NCBI GenBank assembly: GCA_963702895.1
Contig: OY969767.1
Span: forward strand, 1,984,001 to 2,048,000
DNA length: 64,000 nt
Direction of reading: 5' to 3'
From: an uncultured Elusimicrobia bacterium
GTDB taxonomy: Bacteria; Elusimicrobiota; Elusimicrobia; 2-01-FULL-59-12
Made by a program: the position numbers and the translations under genes. The first letter of the stretch is position 1; each line of letters begins with the position of its first letter. Below are positions 9,826-20,495 of this stretch, in pieces. The notes under the pieces are model-generated. The model was not told where the DNA came from. It made no database searches and saw only the letters and a list, made by a program, of their open reading frames with translations.

Positions 9826-10608
9826 TCAGGGAAGGTGTCCTCGAACCAGGGGTGGAAGGGCCGAAAGGAGGGCCCGGGTGTACGGATGTTGGGGTGATTG
9901 GAAGGTGTCATGCGAAAGTCCCTCTTCAACAATACGTCCTTCGCTCATCACCGCCACTTTCGACGTGTACGTTGCCACCAGGCCCAGGTTGTGTGAAATA
10001 AAAAGGATCGCCATTTTCAGTTCCTTCTGCAATCGGAAGAGCAATTCCAGAATATCCTTTTGAACGAGGACGTCCAGAGCGGTCGTCGGCTCATCGGCCA
10101 GGATGAGATCTGGCTTCAACAGGAGCGCCATGGCGATCATCACCCGCTGGCGCTGGCCGCCGGAGAGCTGGTGGGGGTAGGCCTGCATCACACGGAGGGG
10201 GTCTAACTGGACGCGGACGAGCGCCTCCTCCGCCTGCTGAGGGTTGATTCCCCCCATCTCAAGCATTTGCTCCCTGATTCGCATCACCGGATTGAGGGAG
10301 GTAAAGGGGTCCTGGAAGATCATACCGATACGCCGGCCACGCACGGACTGGATCACTTTTTCTGAAACGGAGAGCAGGTCTTGGCCGTGCAGAAGGATGC
10401 GGCCAGACACGATACGGCCCTCTTGGGGCCGTATCAGTCGTAAAACAGCCTGGGCAACCGTGCTTTTACCGGAGCCAGATTCTCCGACAAGGCCGACGGT
10501 CTCTCCTGGATTGACCGTGAGCGAGAAATTCCTCACCGCATGGACAGTTTTGCCCTTTCGAAAATAGTCCACCGATAAATTCTCGATCGCCAAGACGCTC
10601 GAGCTCAT
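9826..10608 (-). CDS. Dipeptide/oligopeptide ABC ATPase (DppD/OppD-like)
   Basis: [30 protein letters not shown]. Confidence 0.92.
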   Translation of the reverse strand: MSSSVLAIENLSVDYFRKGKTVHAVRNFSLTVNPGETVGLVGESGSGKSTVAQAVLRLIRPQEGRIVSGRILLHGQDLLSVSEKVIQSVRGRRIGMIFQDPFTSLNPVMRIREQMLEMGGINPQQAEEALVRVQLDPLRVMQAYPHQLSGGQRQRVMIAMALLLKPDLILADEPTTALDVLVQKDILELLFRLQKELKMAILFISHNLGLVATYTSKVAVMSEGRIVEEGLSHDTFQSPQHPYTRALLSALPPLVRGHLP

Positions 10609-11432
10609 GGTCGAGGATCCAACACGTCACGCAATCCCTCGCCCAGCAGATTAAAGGCAAGCACCGTGACGAGGATCGCCATCGCTGGAAAAAGAGAAAG
10701 CCACCAAGCCATATGGAGATAATCCCTGCCGATCGTCAAAATATTCCCCCAAGAAGGCGCCGGGGGTTGAACCCCAAGCCCGAGGAAAGACAGGGCCGAC
10801 TCGGTGAGGATGGCCCCTGCAACACCTAGGGTCGCGCTCACCAGGACCGGCGCGACCACATTGGGGAGGAGATGGACAAAAAGAAGCCGACCACGGCCGA
10901 CACCGGCGATTCTGACGGCCTGCATGTAGTCCCGTTCACGAATGGACAGACATTCTCCTCGCACCAGTCGCGCAAGCCCAGGCCAGGAGGTCAAGCCAAT
11001 CACCGCCATCACGTTGTAGATATGGGGACCGAGGAAGGCCAGCACAGCCAGAATCAGGAAGATGGTCGGGATCGAAAGCATGATATCGACCAGGCGCATG
11101 ATCGCACTATCCAGCTTTCCGCCGAAATACCCCGCGCACAGACCCAGTGTGACGCCAATGAGAAGTTGAAGGCCCACCGCGACAAACCCAACCGAGAGCG
11201 AGATCCTGGCGCCCATCATCAGCCGCGAAAAAACATCGCGGCCCAAATCATCCGTCCCCATCCAATGGTCCCAGGAAGGCGCTTGAAGCCTGGATAAGAG
11301 GCTCTGGACATTCGGATCATGTGGACGCACCCAGGGGGCAATGAGCGCACAAGCCGTCAGGAAAAGAACAAGACCGAGCCCGAGCATGGCGAGTCGATTG
11401 GATTGAAGCCGATCCAGGTAAATGCGTATCAT
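10605..11432 (-). CDS. Peptide ABC permease (DppC/OppC-like)
   Basis: GTDDLGRDVFSR, ESALSFLGLG, GEGLRDVLDPR. Confidence 0.92.
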   Translation of the reverse strand: MIRIYLDRLQSNRLAMLGLGLVLFLTACALIAPWVRPHDPNVQSLLSRLQAPSWDHWMGTDDLGRDVFSRLMMGARISLSVGFVAVGLQLLIGVTLGLCAGYFGGKLDSAIMRLVDIMLSIPTIFLILAVLAFLGPHIYNVMAVIGLTSWPGLARLVRGECLSIRERDYMQAVRIAGVGRGRLLFVHLLPNVVAPVLVSATLGVAGAILTESALSFLGLGVQPPAPSWGNILTIGRDYLHMAWWLSLFPAMAILVTVLAFNLLGEGLRDVLDPRP

Positions 11433-12400
11433 CGGTACCGGATCCTTGGGTCAGCATAAGCGTAGAGAAGATCGGCCAGGAAGTTGCCCAAAACGGTCAG
11501 ACCGGCAGAGATGACGGTAATCGCCATGATCAGGTTATAGTCCCGCGTCATGATGGCTTCATAGCCCAGGCGTCCCATACCCGGATAGGCAAAGATGGTT
11601 TCAATGATGACCCCGCCACCGATCAAATCCGGGAGCATGAGGCCGAGGAGCGTGATCAGAGGAATCAGGGCATTGCGCAGGGCATGGACACCGAAGACCC
11701 TCCAAAAACCAAGGCCGCGCGCCTGGGCGGCGCGAATAAAGTCTTGATGGATCACCTCCAGCATGCTCGATCTCATGTAGCGTGATAACCCCGCAAGCGA
11801 CGTCAACCCCAACACGAGCGTCGGAAGAACAAGATGATGGAGCACGTCCAACGTCTTCATCCACAAGGGAACAGGCGCCCAACTGAGTGAGGAAAGGCCT
11901 GAAATGGGCAGCCAACCAAGCTCCAAGCCAAAGACGATCATGGCGAGCAGCGCGACAGCATACGTGGGCACCGAAAACCCGAGAAACACGAAGATTGTCA
12001 TACAGCGGTCAAAGAGAGACCGGGCCTTAATCGCGGCAAAAAAACCGATCGGGATGGCGAGGAGGACCATCAGCAGAATCGACAGGGTATTCAAGAGAAG
12101 CGTCGCGGGAAGTCGCTCCATGATCTTCTGTATGACCGGGCGGTTATCCTTCAAGGAGACGCCAAAATCAAGTTTCGCAAGGCGAACGAGCCACCGGCCA
12201 TACTGCACAAGGATCGGTTGGTCGAGGCCCAGATCTTTGCGAATTCTCTCCTTAACTTCCGGTGTGACTTTGGGATTTAAATCCGCGATTTGGTCGATCG
12301 GCCCGCCAGGAGCCAGCTGCATCAAAAAGAAGCTGATGAGCGAAATCCCAACCAACGTCGGGATCAGATGGAGCGAACGCTGCCAGATGTACTTAACCAC
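11429..12400 (-). CDS. Peptide ABC permease (DppB/OppB-like)
   Basis: LDFGVS, HALRNALIP, IETIF, DLLYAYADPRIR. Confidence 0.92.
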   Translation of the reverse strand: MVKYIWQRSLHLIPTLVGISLISFFLMQLAPGGPIDQIADLNPKVTPEVKERIRKDLGLDQPILVQYGRWLVRLAKLDFGVSLKDNRPVIQKIMERLPATLLLNTLSILLMVLLAIPIGFFAAIKARSLFDRCMTIFVFLGFSVPTYAVALLAMIVFGLELGWLPISGLSSLSWAPVPLWMKTLDVLHHLVLPTLVLGLTSLAGLSRYMRSSMLEVIHQDFIRAAQARGLGFWRVFGVHALRNALIPLITLLGLMLPDLIGGGVIIETIFAYPGMGRLGYEAIMTRDYNLIMAITVISAGLTVLGNFLADLLYAYADPRIRYR

Positions 12401-12409
12401 ACAGGCCTC

Positions 12410-13996
12410 TCATGGCACTCTCACGCTATAGCGCTGCTCACGCTCCGGAACCCACCACTCCCGGAAATTCCATCCTAGCCCCAGGGGCGCCACCTCGGGA
12501 CCACGAAATCGCTTATGAATCGCGAGGAGCTCATCCGGACCATAGAGGAAAATGTACGGCAGGTCCTCAGCGATTCGTTTGTGGATCTTGTGATAGAGCG
12601 CGCGGCGCTTCTGGAGATCGAAAGTTTCACGAGCTTCCACAAGCCAACGATCGACCTCGGGGCTCTCGTAACCACAGAAGTTATATTGACCTTCCTTTTG
12701 TTGGGAGGAATGCCACATCGCATAGTTGTCCGGGTCACGCCCCAACTGCCAGCCCAGGACAATCGCCTCGAAGTTTTTCTTGTCGATATACTGATGAATC
12801 AAGGTCGACCACTCCATGATGCGGATGGACACATCAATCCCGACTTTCTTCAGATGATCTTGAATGACGACCGCACAGAGCTCCCGAACTTTGTTGCCCT
12901 GGTTGGTCATGAGCGTAAAGGCGAAGGGCTTTCCATGTTTCATGAGACGACCTGTGGCGTCCGGCTTCCATCCGCATTCGGCCAAAAGAGCCTTGGCGCG
13001 CGCAGGATCAAAGGGCAAAGGCTGCACAGCGTTGTTATAGGCCCACGAAGAAACGGGAAAGGGACCTGAAAGGGGCTGTCCGAGTCCTAACACAATCCCC
13101 TCCACCATGCTCTGTCGATCCATGGCGTAGGCCAGCGCTTGGCGCACGCGCTTGTCTCTAAACAAGTCGTTTTTCAGATTGAACCCGAAGTAGATGTATT
13201 TGAATGCCGGATAGCGGTACCGGGTGTGATGCTCAAAGATGGCATCGTACGCTTTAAATTGATCCGGCGTCAGCGAGATGGCATCAATGGACTGGTTGCG
13301 CATCTCCATGAACTGTACGGAAGAGTCCGGAATAATGCGATAGACATAGCGTTGCAGGTAGGGTCTTCCTTCAAAGTAATCGGGATTCGCTTCAAGGAGG
13401 ATGTGCTGGTCGGTTTTCCACTCCTTAAACTTGTAGGGCCCGGTCCCAATGGGTCGACGATTAGCGGGATGGGTATTGAGGTCTGTCGTCCCATAGACAT
13501 GTCGTGGAAGTATCCCCATCCCCCAGGAAGCGAGGCTGGGCGCAAAGACCTTTTTGTAGAGGACGCGGACCGTATAGGGATCGGGCACACGCAATTGAGC
13601 GATGTCCTCATAGTCGCTTACGAAAGGCGTATGGACTTGAGGGTCCCTCAACTTCTGGTAGGTAAAAAGCACATCGTCTGCTGTGAATGGCTTTCCATCA
13701 TGCCAGCGCACCCCCTTGCGGAGATGAAACGTGATCTCGAGTCCTCCTCGGCCGATCTCCCAAGATTCGGCAAGATCGCCAACCAGCTGGATGTTTTGAT
13801 CGTATTTGACCAGACCGTTGAAGACGAGCCCGACGATATTATTAGAGGCGCTGTCCGAAGACAGGACAGGATTCAGGATACTGGCATCGCCAAGGGAAGA
13901 ATCGACGTAGGCGTCGCCGTAGACCCCTTCTCCCGCCGTAAGGTGGGGGAAGGTCAGGAGGAGGGCGCAAGCAACAACCAGGAGTTTTGCCCTCAC
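12410..13996 (-). CDS. Peptide ABC substrate-binding protein (family 5)
   Basis: Signal peptide after GTG 13996; LRKGVRWHDGKPFTADDV, PIGTGPY. Confidence 0.88.
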   Translation of the reverse strand: MRAKLLVVACALLLTFPHLTAGEGVYGDAYVDSSLGDASILNPVLSSDSASNNIVGLVFNGLVKYDQNIQLVGDLAESWEIGRGGLEITFHLRKGVRWHDGKPFTADDVLFTYQKLRDPQVHTPFVSDYEDIAQLRVPDPYTVRVLYKKVFAPSLASWGMGILPRHVYGTTDLNTHPANRRPIGTGPYKFKEWKTDQHILLEANPDYFEGRPYLQRYVYRIIPDSSVQFMEMRNQSIDAISLTPDQFKAYDAIFEHHTRYRYPAFKYIYFGFNLKNDLFRDKRVRQALAYAMDRQSMVEGIVLGLGQPLSGPFPVSSWAYNNAVQPLPFDPARAKALLAECGWKPDATGRLMKHGKPFAFTLMTNQGNKVRELCAVVIQDHLKKVGIDVSIRIMEWSTLIHQYIDKKNFEAIVLGWQLGRDPDNYAMWHSSQQKEGQYNFCGYESPEVDRWLVEARETFDLQKRRALYHKIHKRIAEDLPYIFLYGPDELLAIHKRFRGPEVAPLGLGWNFREWWVPEREQRYSVRVP

Positions 13997-14052
13997 CCAT
14001 GACTGGCGCGCCCTCTGCCGCCTTCCGCCGGGAGAAGGGAAGAGGAGGCCGC

Positions 14053-15294
14053 TCACTTCGGGACCACTTTCACAGTCACCCGCGGCTTGCCGAGGATTTT
14101 TCGTAAGAGCTCCCGTACCGCGAGGGCTGAAACGGAATCCATGGACCTGAGAAATTCGTCCCCGTAATCCTCCCCCCGGCCGAGGAATTCCCACCAAGCG
14201 TTGTACCACCCTTGGCGACGGCGGCTTTGGCGATCCATCAAAAACGCGCCACGAATCATGGCTTTGGCCTGCCGCAGTTCTCCATCGCGCGGACCTTGTT
14301 CCGCGAGGGCCTCGAGGAGCTCGAAGAGCCTCTTGGAGGCGAGTAAGAGTCTTTCCGCAGGCAGTCCAAGATAGATCACCCACTGACTTAAGTCGAGGCG
14401 TGACGGATAAAACGAGGACACCTCATAGGCGAGGCCAAGCTCCTCGCGGAGGACCATAAAAAGCCGAGAGCTCATGCCACCACCGAGAATCGTATTCAAG
14501 ACTTTGAGCGCGAGCTGGTCCTGATCGAACGCGGTGGGCGCTTGCCAGCCGGTCATGAGATACGCTTGTTTAAAAGAGGACTTGACCTCTTCTGTTCGTG
14601 ACTTGGGGAGAGGTCTGACGCTTGGCATCGGTTCGTGTGCGGAGTCTCTCGGGGGCGCATGCCGCCAGGTCTCGACCGTCCTGTGAAGGAGACCCCGCAT
14701 GAAAGCGGGTGGATGCGGAGCCACCATGGAAAGGATGGCTCCCATGGAATGGTGCTTTGTTTTATTCCAGGCTTTAAAATCCATGCGCCCGAAGCGGGCA
14801 ACCGTTTGGGCCCTGCCTTCAAGGGGCCGGCCGTAAGGGTGGTCACCATAGAGCGCCTGGTTCAAACGATCGTGAGCGAGTTGAAAGATGGCGTCTTTGC
14901 GGGTATCGAGCGCAGCGAGGACGTGGGATTTCTCTTTGATGATTTCTTCCTGGGGAAACGATGGTTCCCGAAGCACCTCCGTCATCAGACCCAGGGCGCG
15001 TTGGGCCTCGGAAGCCGGCACGACAAAGCCAATTTCAGCGTAGTCTTCGTGTCCTTGGGTGCCCATCGAAGCCCCGACTGATTCCATCACGCGTGCGATG
15101 GCCCTGGCACTGCGCTTTCGGGTGCCCTGCATCAAGAGATCCAAGGTCATACTGGAAAGCCCCGCCTCCGAACGGGACTCCGCTCGACTGCCAGCGCCCA
15201 GAAGGAGGGTCGCGGTCGCCAAAGGAAAACGATGGTCCCGCTGATAGAGGACTTTTAAACCGCTCGGCAGTATCCAGCGCTCGAGCCGCTTCAT
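14053..15294 (-). CDS. M16 peptidase family subunit lacking HXXEH
   Basis: M16 features LGGGMSSRLF...REELGLAY; no zinc motif. Confidence 0.85.
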   Translation of the reverse strand: MKRLERWILPSGLKVLYQRDHRFPLATATLLLGAGSRAESRSEAGLSSMTLDLLMQGTRKRSARAIARVMESVGASMGTQGHEDYAEIGFVVPASEAQRALGLMTEVLREPSFPQEEIIKEKSHVLAALDTRKDAIFQLAHDRLNQALYGDHPYGRPLEGRAQTVARFGRMDFKAWNKTKHHSMGAILSMVAPHPPAFMRGLLHRTVETWRHAPPRDSAHEPMPSVRPLPKSRTEEVKSSFKQAYLMTGWQAPTAFDQDQLALKVLNTILGGGMSSRLFMVLREELGLAYEVSSFYPSRLDLSQWVIYLGLPAERLLLASKRLFELLEALAEQGPRDGELRQAKAMIRGAFLMDRQSRRRQGWYNAWWEFLGRGEDYGDEFLRSMDSVSALAVRELLRKILGKPRVTVKVVPK

Positions 15295-16526
15295 GGTTCC
15301 ACCACGGCACTGGAGAGCTCTTGTAAAAAGTAGCGGTCAATGACACGCTCCAGTTCCGCCGCCTCGAGAGAAAGAATCCGAGGCAAATATTGTCGAAGTC
15401 GTTCGAGATGTCCTTCCAGAGCGTAAGCACCGATGACGGAGGCCTGGTTGTGGAATGTTTCATACCCTTGCAGCCAAGAGGTTTGCATGAGGTTTTTGGC
15501 CCGTTGAATTTCCTCTTCCGAGGGGACGCGCTTTTTGAGTCCGGTGAGCACCTGCCTGAGCGCCGGCCCCACTTTCGGCCTCTTTTGGATATCCGACTCC
15601 GTGAAGACAGCAAAGATGCCGAGGCCTTCCTGCGTGATATTGGAACTTCCGACGGACCACACGAGCTCCTTCTCCTCGCGCAGCGTATGGACAAGACGGC
15701 TGTTCCGGCCATCGCCCAGCATGACCGACAAAAGATCCAGCGCCTCCTGATCGGCGTGAGACGCCGGCGGAGTCGGAAAACCAAAGACAGCATAGGCTTG
15801 GCGAACGGATTGGGTCAGCCTTTTGTGCACCGGACTTGGATGTGTGAGCGGCTGTGGCCGCGGAGGGCGGCGCCCCCCTTTGGATAACGATCCCATCTCT
15901 CGCGCCAGCAAACGGAGGATCTCTTTCGATTGAAAATCCCCCACGATGACCATCACGGTGTTGGCCGCCGTGTAATGCGTCTCGTAAAAACGACGTACGG
16001 TCTGGGCCGTAAACGTTGAAACGGTCTCTTCAGAGCCAATCACAGGTCGCGCGTGAGCAGGGTCTGCGAAGAGGGCTTGTTGGAGGAGTTCCCAAGCCAT
16101 GGTTTCCGCATCGTCATGACGGCGCTTCATCTCCTCCAGGATGACCAGGCGCTCGCGCTCCCACTCCTTGGGCTCAAGCGTTGCCCGACAGAGAAGCTCG
16201 GCCATCAAATGAACGGCACGGGACACCCCTGAAGAGGGGACATCGATGTAATAGTGCGTGTACTCTTTGGAGGTTTCGGCGTTGAGCGCGCCGCCCTGGG
16301 CCTCCACCCAACGAGAGATTTCGGAAGGGGCGCGGCGGGCGGTCCCTTTAAAGACCATATGCTCCAGGACATGAGCGAGCCCCGCCTCCGATTCTGCTTC
16401 ATCCACGGAACCGACACGGACCCAGGACTGAACAGACGTAAGCGGCCAACTGTGGTCCTCTTTGAGAAGGACGCGCAGACCGTTGGGCAGCTGGTGGGGA
16501 GTAACGCGCTCGAGAGGCCGGAACAA
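15291..16526 (-). CDS. M16 zinc metallopeptidase, catalytic subunit
   Basis: GLAHVLEHMVFKGT (HXXEH), NAETS. Confidence 0.9.
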   Translation of the reverse strand: MFRPLERVTPHQLPNGLRVLLKEDHSWPLTSVQSWVRVGSVDEAESEAGLAHVLEHMVFKGTARRAPSEISRWVEAQGGALNAETSKEYTHYYIDVPSSGVSRAVHLMAELLCRATLEPKEWERERLVILEEMKRRHDDAETMAWELLQQALFADPAHARPVIGSEETVSTFTAQTVRRFYETHYTAANTVMVIVGDFQSKEILRLLAREMGSLSKGGRRPPRPQPLTHPSPVHKRLTQSVRQAYAVFGFPTPPASHADQEALDLLSVMLGDGRNSRLVHTLREEKELVWSVGSSNITQEGLGIFAVFTESDIQKRPKVGPALRQVLTGLKKRVPSEEEIQRAKNLMQTSWLQGYETFHNQASVIGAYALEGHLERLRQYLPRILSLEAAELERVIDRYFLQELSSAVVEP

Positions 16527-16531
16527 ATGCT

Positions 16532-16765
16532 TCAGATGGCGGTGGTAACCAGTGTTTCCGTTGAGGAAACACCTGGAATAGCGCGGATTTTGCCGACCAC
16601 CACACTGGTCATAGTCGGAAGGTCCGCCGCCTCGATGTCCGCCACAAGGTCCCAGCGACCGAATACGGCTGACAAATGGGAGACACCTTTGACTTCTTTA
16701 AGCTTCGCCATCGTGAGCTTTTCCCGGCCTGAGGCTAGACGAATCAGCACAAGTCCTGTAACCAT
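16532..16765 (-). CDS. Lrp/AsnC ligand-binding-domain-only protein
   Basis: 77 aa; VFGRWDLVA...IRAIPGVSSTETL. Confidence 0.75.
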   Translation of the reverse strand: MVTGLVLIRLASGREKLTMAKLKEVKGVSHLSAVFGRWDLVADIEAADLPTMTSVVVGKIRAIPGVSSTETLVTTAI

Positions 16766-17113
16766 TTATAGAGCCCCCCTCTTTCGTTGAGCTGAGCGAT
16801 ACGCATCGACCATACCATAGATCCATAAGACGCTGAGGAGCGCCTGGAAGGCAGCCAAGACTTTGCCATTTTTGGAGCTGATTTGCCCCGCCGCGTTCAT
16901 CATCAACTGCTGGAGTGCTTGAGGATCGACACTGGTGATATCCGCAGGGATGAACGGTTGCAAAGTCTTGTAGTACCAGACGCCCGCAACGATCAAAACG
17001 GCGAGGCTCGCGACAATGAGAAGAACGCCCTTTCGATAGTCCTTATTATAAAGTTGGCCCACGCCTGGCCCGAGGAGAAAACAAAGAAGAACAGGGATAA
17101 TGACGGATGCCAT
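16766..17113 (-). CDS. Small membrane protein
   Basis: PGVGQLYN...KG, WIYGMVDAY, three hydrophobic segments; TAGAAT 7 nt upstream. Confidence 0.7.
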   Translation of the reverse strand: MASVIIPVLLCFLLGPGVGQLYNKDYRKGVLLIVASLAVLIVAGVWYYKTLQPFIPADITSVDPQALQQLMMNAAGQISSKNGKVLAAFQALLSVLWIYGMVDAYRSAQRKRGAL

Positions 17114-17173
17114 GGCGGCTATTCTAACTTAAAAGACATATCGAAGTGCGGTGCCCGAATCGAAAGAAACACC

Positions 17174-17238
17174 TGCCCTCAGCCAGAATGGTCCGCCACA
17201 CAACAGGCGGACGCCCGACTGGCGTGTGTCGGGCGAAC
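17174..17238 (-). repeat. Duplicated tRNA-Arg(CCG) 3' end with a hairpin doublet in the T-loop
   Basis: 17174-17189 matches 17252-17267 at 15/16; two hairpins at 17191-17234; CGAAC then resumes. Confidence 0.7.
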
Positions 17239-17251
17239 CTGTACCAAAACT

Positions 17252-17323
17252 TGCCCTCGGCCAGAATCGAACTGGCATCCTCAGCTCCGGAGGCTGGTAC
17301 ACTATCCGTTGTGCTACGAGGGC
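17252..17323 (-). tRNA. tRNA-Arg(CCG), CCA not encoded
   Basis: GCCCTCGTAGCACAACGGATAGTGTACCAGCCT-CCG-GAGCTGAGGATGCCAGTTCGATTCTGGCCGAGGGCA folds as a cloverleaf. Confidence 0.93.
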
Positions 17324-17329
17324 AAAAAG

Positions 17330-20002
17330 TTAACGGGATTTCACAGCCAAATGCTTCAGAATCTCTTCGACTTCCGCGAGCGTCTTGTCGAGCGCGGCGA
17401 CATCCTTTCCCCCGCCTTGCGCGAAGTCCGGGCGGCCGCCCCCAGAACCGGAAATCCGGGTCGCGATTTCCCGAGCGATGTGGCCGGCGTTCCAGCCGCG
17501 CTCCGTGAGCGCTTTCTGAACCGACACGACAAAGCTGACCTTCTCGTCCGTCACACAGGCCAGCACCACCACACCCGCCGCAGAGCTGTCCTTTAAACGG
17601 TCCGCGACTTCTCGAAGATGTTTGTCATCGACACCCTCCAGACGCTTGCTGATGAGCTGCGTCCCCGCGATGGGAATGGCACTCTTGGCGATATCGTCAA
17701 ACTGTGACCTTACGACACTGGATTTCAATGATTCGATTTCTTTCTGGAGGGTCTTTTCCTGTGCGAGCATTTTCTCCAACCGGGTGGGAAGGTCTTCCGG
17801 CGTCGTTTTCAGGCTCTCCGCCACGGTTTGCAGCTGTTCTTCCATTCGGCGAACCGTTTTGACCGCTGCCAGGCCCGCCACCGCCTCCAGGCGCCGCACC
17901 CCCGCGGAAACGGGAGACTGACTGATGATTTTAAAGAGTCCGATTTTTCCTGTCTCGTCGACATGGGTCCCACCACAGAGCTCCAAGCTCCAGGCTTGCT
18001 CCGGCTGCTTACAGTCATACTTGGAAACCATGATGGCGCGAACGTTTTCCCCATATTTTTCGCCGAAGAGCATCATCGCCCCGACTTTGTGGGCCTCCTC
18101 TTTGGTCATCAGGCATTCTTGAATGGGAATGTTGTTCAAAATCTGCCGGTTGATGATGTCTTCAACCCGTTCACGCTCCTCGCGCGAAAGTGGTGCTGTG
18201 TGATTAAAGTCAAAACGCAACCGATCCGGCGCGACGAGAGATCCCGCCTGTGTCACGTGCGGGCCAAGGACCTCCCTGAGCGCCTTATGAAGCATGTGTG
18301 TGGCGGTGTGGTGTCGCCGGGTGGCATCACGTTTTTCGCGATTCACTTTCGCCGTGATGCTATCCCCCGCTTTGAGAACTCCGCGCTTGACGTTCACATG
18401 GTGCACAATCATGGCCTCGACCGGCGTTTGCGTGTCCACGACCTCCACCAGGGTCGTGGCTGATTCAAGCGTTCCCGTGTCCCCGACCTGGCCGCCGCCT
18501 TCGGGATAGAAGGTCGTCTGATCCAAGACCACCTCACCTTCTTCACCACTTTTGAGCTCCTCCACCCAGCCGGCCGGCTTATGGCGATAGATGGGCCCAA
18601 TCACTTTGGCTTCAAGGTCCAAATGCCAATAGCCCTGAAAAGAAGAGCCTGTGCTTTTTAGCTTCGCTTTCCAGTCGTGATAGAGGTCAACATTTTGCGC
18701 GCCGGAACCTTTCCAGCCCTGTCTGGCAAGTTCCACGGCCTGGGCCTGCGCCTTCTTAAATCCTTCTTCATCGACGCCAAAGCCCATGCCCACCACCATT
18801 TCCTTGGTGAGCTCAAACGGGAAACCGTAGGTATCGTAGAGATGGAAGACATCTTTGCCGGGAAGAGTCTTGACGTTTTGCGCTTTGGAAACTGAAATCA
18901 GTTCCTCGAGCTTGCGAGTCCCGGTATCGAGCGTCTCAAGAAACTTTTGCTCTTCGATCTTAACGATGGAAGCGATCGTTTGAAGTCGCTGGAGCGTGTC
19001 AGGGTAGGCCTGCTTCATGAGCTCGACCACGCTCCCGGAGAGCTTGTAAAGAAAGGGCTCCTGGATACCCAGGGTCTTCCCGGCGCGAACGGCTTGGCGC
19101 AGGAGCCTGCGCAGCACATAACCGCGTCCTTCATTGGAGGGCAAAATACCATCTGAAATCATGAACGTGACCGCGCGTGCGTGATCAGAAATCCTTCGGA
19201 ACGCCACCTGATGGGTCTGGACTTTCGGGTCTTTGTCACTGATCTGGCCAAGGTCTTTAAAGAGGGGTTGGAAAGCATCGGTCTCAAAAGGGCTTGCGAC
19301 GCCCTGGGAAAGGAGCGAGAGCCTCTCAAGGCCCATGCCGGTGTCGATATTTTTTCTGGGAAGTGGGGTGAGCTTGCCCCCTGCAGAGCGGTCGAACTGC
19401 GTGAACACGAGGTTCCAGACTTCGAGGTACCTTTCACAGTCACAGGCCGGGCTACAGGCGGCTTTGCCGCAGCTCCACTCCTTGCCACGGTCCCATAGGA
19501 TTTCCGAGCAGGGACCGCAGGGTCCGGTAGGCCCCATGGTCCAGAAATTGGTGTCATCGTCCATCCTGAAAATTCTTTCCCCGGGAACAAGTTTCTTCCA
19601 AATGTCCGCTGCCTCGTCGTCGCTTTTATGAACGGAAACAACCAAGCGGTCCGCGGGCAGGCCCATGGTCTTCGTGAGGAATTCCCATCCCCAACCGATC
19701 GAGTCGTTCTTAAAGTAATCACCGAAGGAGAAGTTGCCCAGCATCTCAAAGAAGGTGAGGTGTCGTAGCGTCGTGCCAACACGCTCAATGTCGGAGGTGC
19801 GAAGGCATTTTTGGCAGGAAGCGGCACGTCGGTAGGGACTGCTGTCCGGATTTTGGAAGCCAGGTTTAAACTGCACCATCCCCGCGCTCGTAAAGAGGAG
19901 CGTGGGATCCGTGGAAGGAACTAACGAGTCAGAGGCGACAACTTTGTGGCTACGTCCCTCAAAAAACTGGAGGAACGACTGACGAATGTCGGCTAGCTTC
20001 AT
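17330..20002 (-). CDS. alaS: Alanine--tRNA ligase
   Basis: DPTLLFTSAGMVQFK, FFEMLGNFSFGDYFK, HTATH, ELCGGTH, GGGRPDFAQGG. Confidence 0.97.
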   Translation of the reverse strand: MKLADIRQSFLQFFEGRSHKVVASDSLVPSTDPTLLFTSAGMVQFKPGFQNPDSSPYRRAASCQKCLRTSDIERVGTTLRHLTFFEMLGNFSFGDYFKNDSIGWGWEFLTKTMGLPADRLVVSVHKSDDEAADIWKKLVPGERIFRMDDDTNFWTMGPTGPCGPCSEILWDRGKEWSCGKAACSPACDCERYLEVWNLVFTQFDRSAGGKLTPLPRKNIDTGMGLERLSLLSQGVASPFETDAFQPLFKDLGQISDKDPKVQTHQVAFRRISDHARAVTFMISDGILPSNEGRGYVLRRLLRQAVRAGKTLGIQEPFLYKLSGSVVELMKQAYPDTLQRLQTIASIVKIEEQKFLETLDTGTRKLEELISVSKAQNVKTLPGKDVFHLYDTYGFPFELTKEMVVGMGFGVDEEGFKKAQAQAVELARQGWKGSGAQNVDLYHDWKAKLKSTGSSFQGYWHLDLEAKVIGPIYRHKPAGWVEELKSGEEGEVVLDQTTFYPEGGGQVGDTGTLESATTLVEVVDTQTPVEAMIVHHVNVKRGVLKAGDSITAKVNREKRDATRRHHTATHMLHKALREVLGPHVTQAGSLVAPDRLRFDFNHTAPLSREERERVEDIINRQILNNIPIQECLMTKEEAHKVGAMMLFGEKYGENVRAIMVSKYDCKQPEQAWSLELCGGTHVDETGKIGLFKIISQSPVSAGVRRLEAVAGLAAVKTVRRMEEQLQTVAESLKTTPEDLPTRLEKMLAQEKTLQKEIESLKSSVVRSQFDDIAKSAIPIAGTQLISKRLEGVDDKHLREVADRLKDSSAAGVVVLACVTDEKVSFVVSVQKALTERGWNAGHIAREIATRISGSGGGRPDFAQGGGKDVAALDKTLAEVEEILKHLAVKSR

Positions 20003-20451
20003 TCAGTACGACAATCGCACTGACGCAGGGGGGTCTTAAACCAGCGACCATCGGAGGCGCGCATACGCGCGGCCAGCGTGTGACGGCCTTTGGATATATT
20101 GGACCAGTCATACCACCAGAAACCGGAGTTGAGGCGGCAGGGGAGCCATGGGCCCTTGTCGATTGAGATTTCGACTAAATCCGCGCCTCCCACGCCGAGT
20201 CTCACGACGTATTCAGAGGAGGAAAAATTCTCTGACTGAGTCGGGAAATCAATCCAGATGAAAGGCGGCTCCGGCGCTCGGTAGGGATTGGGTTCCTGAG
20301 TGAAAAGGATTTCGACAGGGACGCGAGAGCGTACGGTTGAAGCCTTCGACGTCGTAGACGAACGGGCAGAGGAAACTGTTTTTTTTGCAGCTTTCTTTTT
20401 CGAGACCTGCTCATTGCCTGAAACGACGATCGAATTATTGGATATTGCCAT
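19999..20451 (-). CDS. Hypothetical protein, Lys/Ser-rich N-terminus and Trp-rich Ig-like C-terminus
   Basis: Strong SD GAGGAGG before ATG 20451; 4-nt overlap with alaS. Confidence 0.65.
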   Translation of the reverse strand: MAISNNSIVVSGNEQVSKKKAAKKTVSSARSSTTSKASTVRSRVPVEILFTQEPNPYRAPEPPFIWIDFPTQSENFSSSEYVVRLGVGGADLVEISIDKGPWLPCRLNSGFWWYDWSNISKGRHTLAARMRASDGRWFKTPLRQCDCRTE

Positions 20452-20495
20452 AGGTGTCCTCCTCTTGATCCGCTGTTTTTGAGTTTCTGCGGCCA

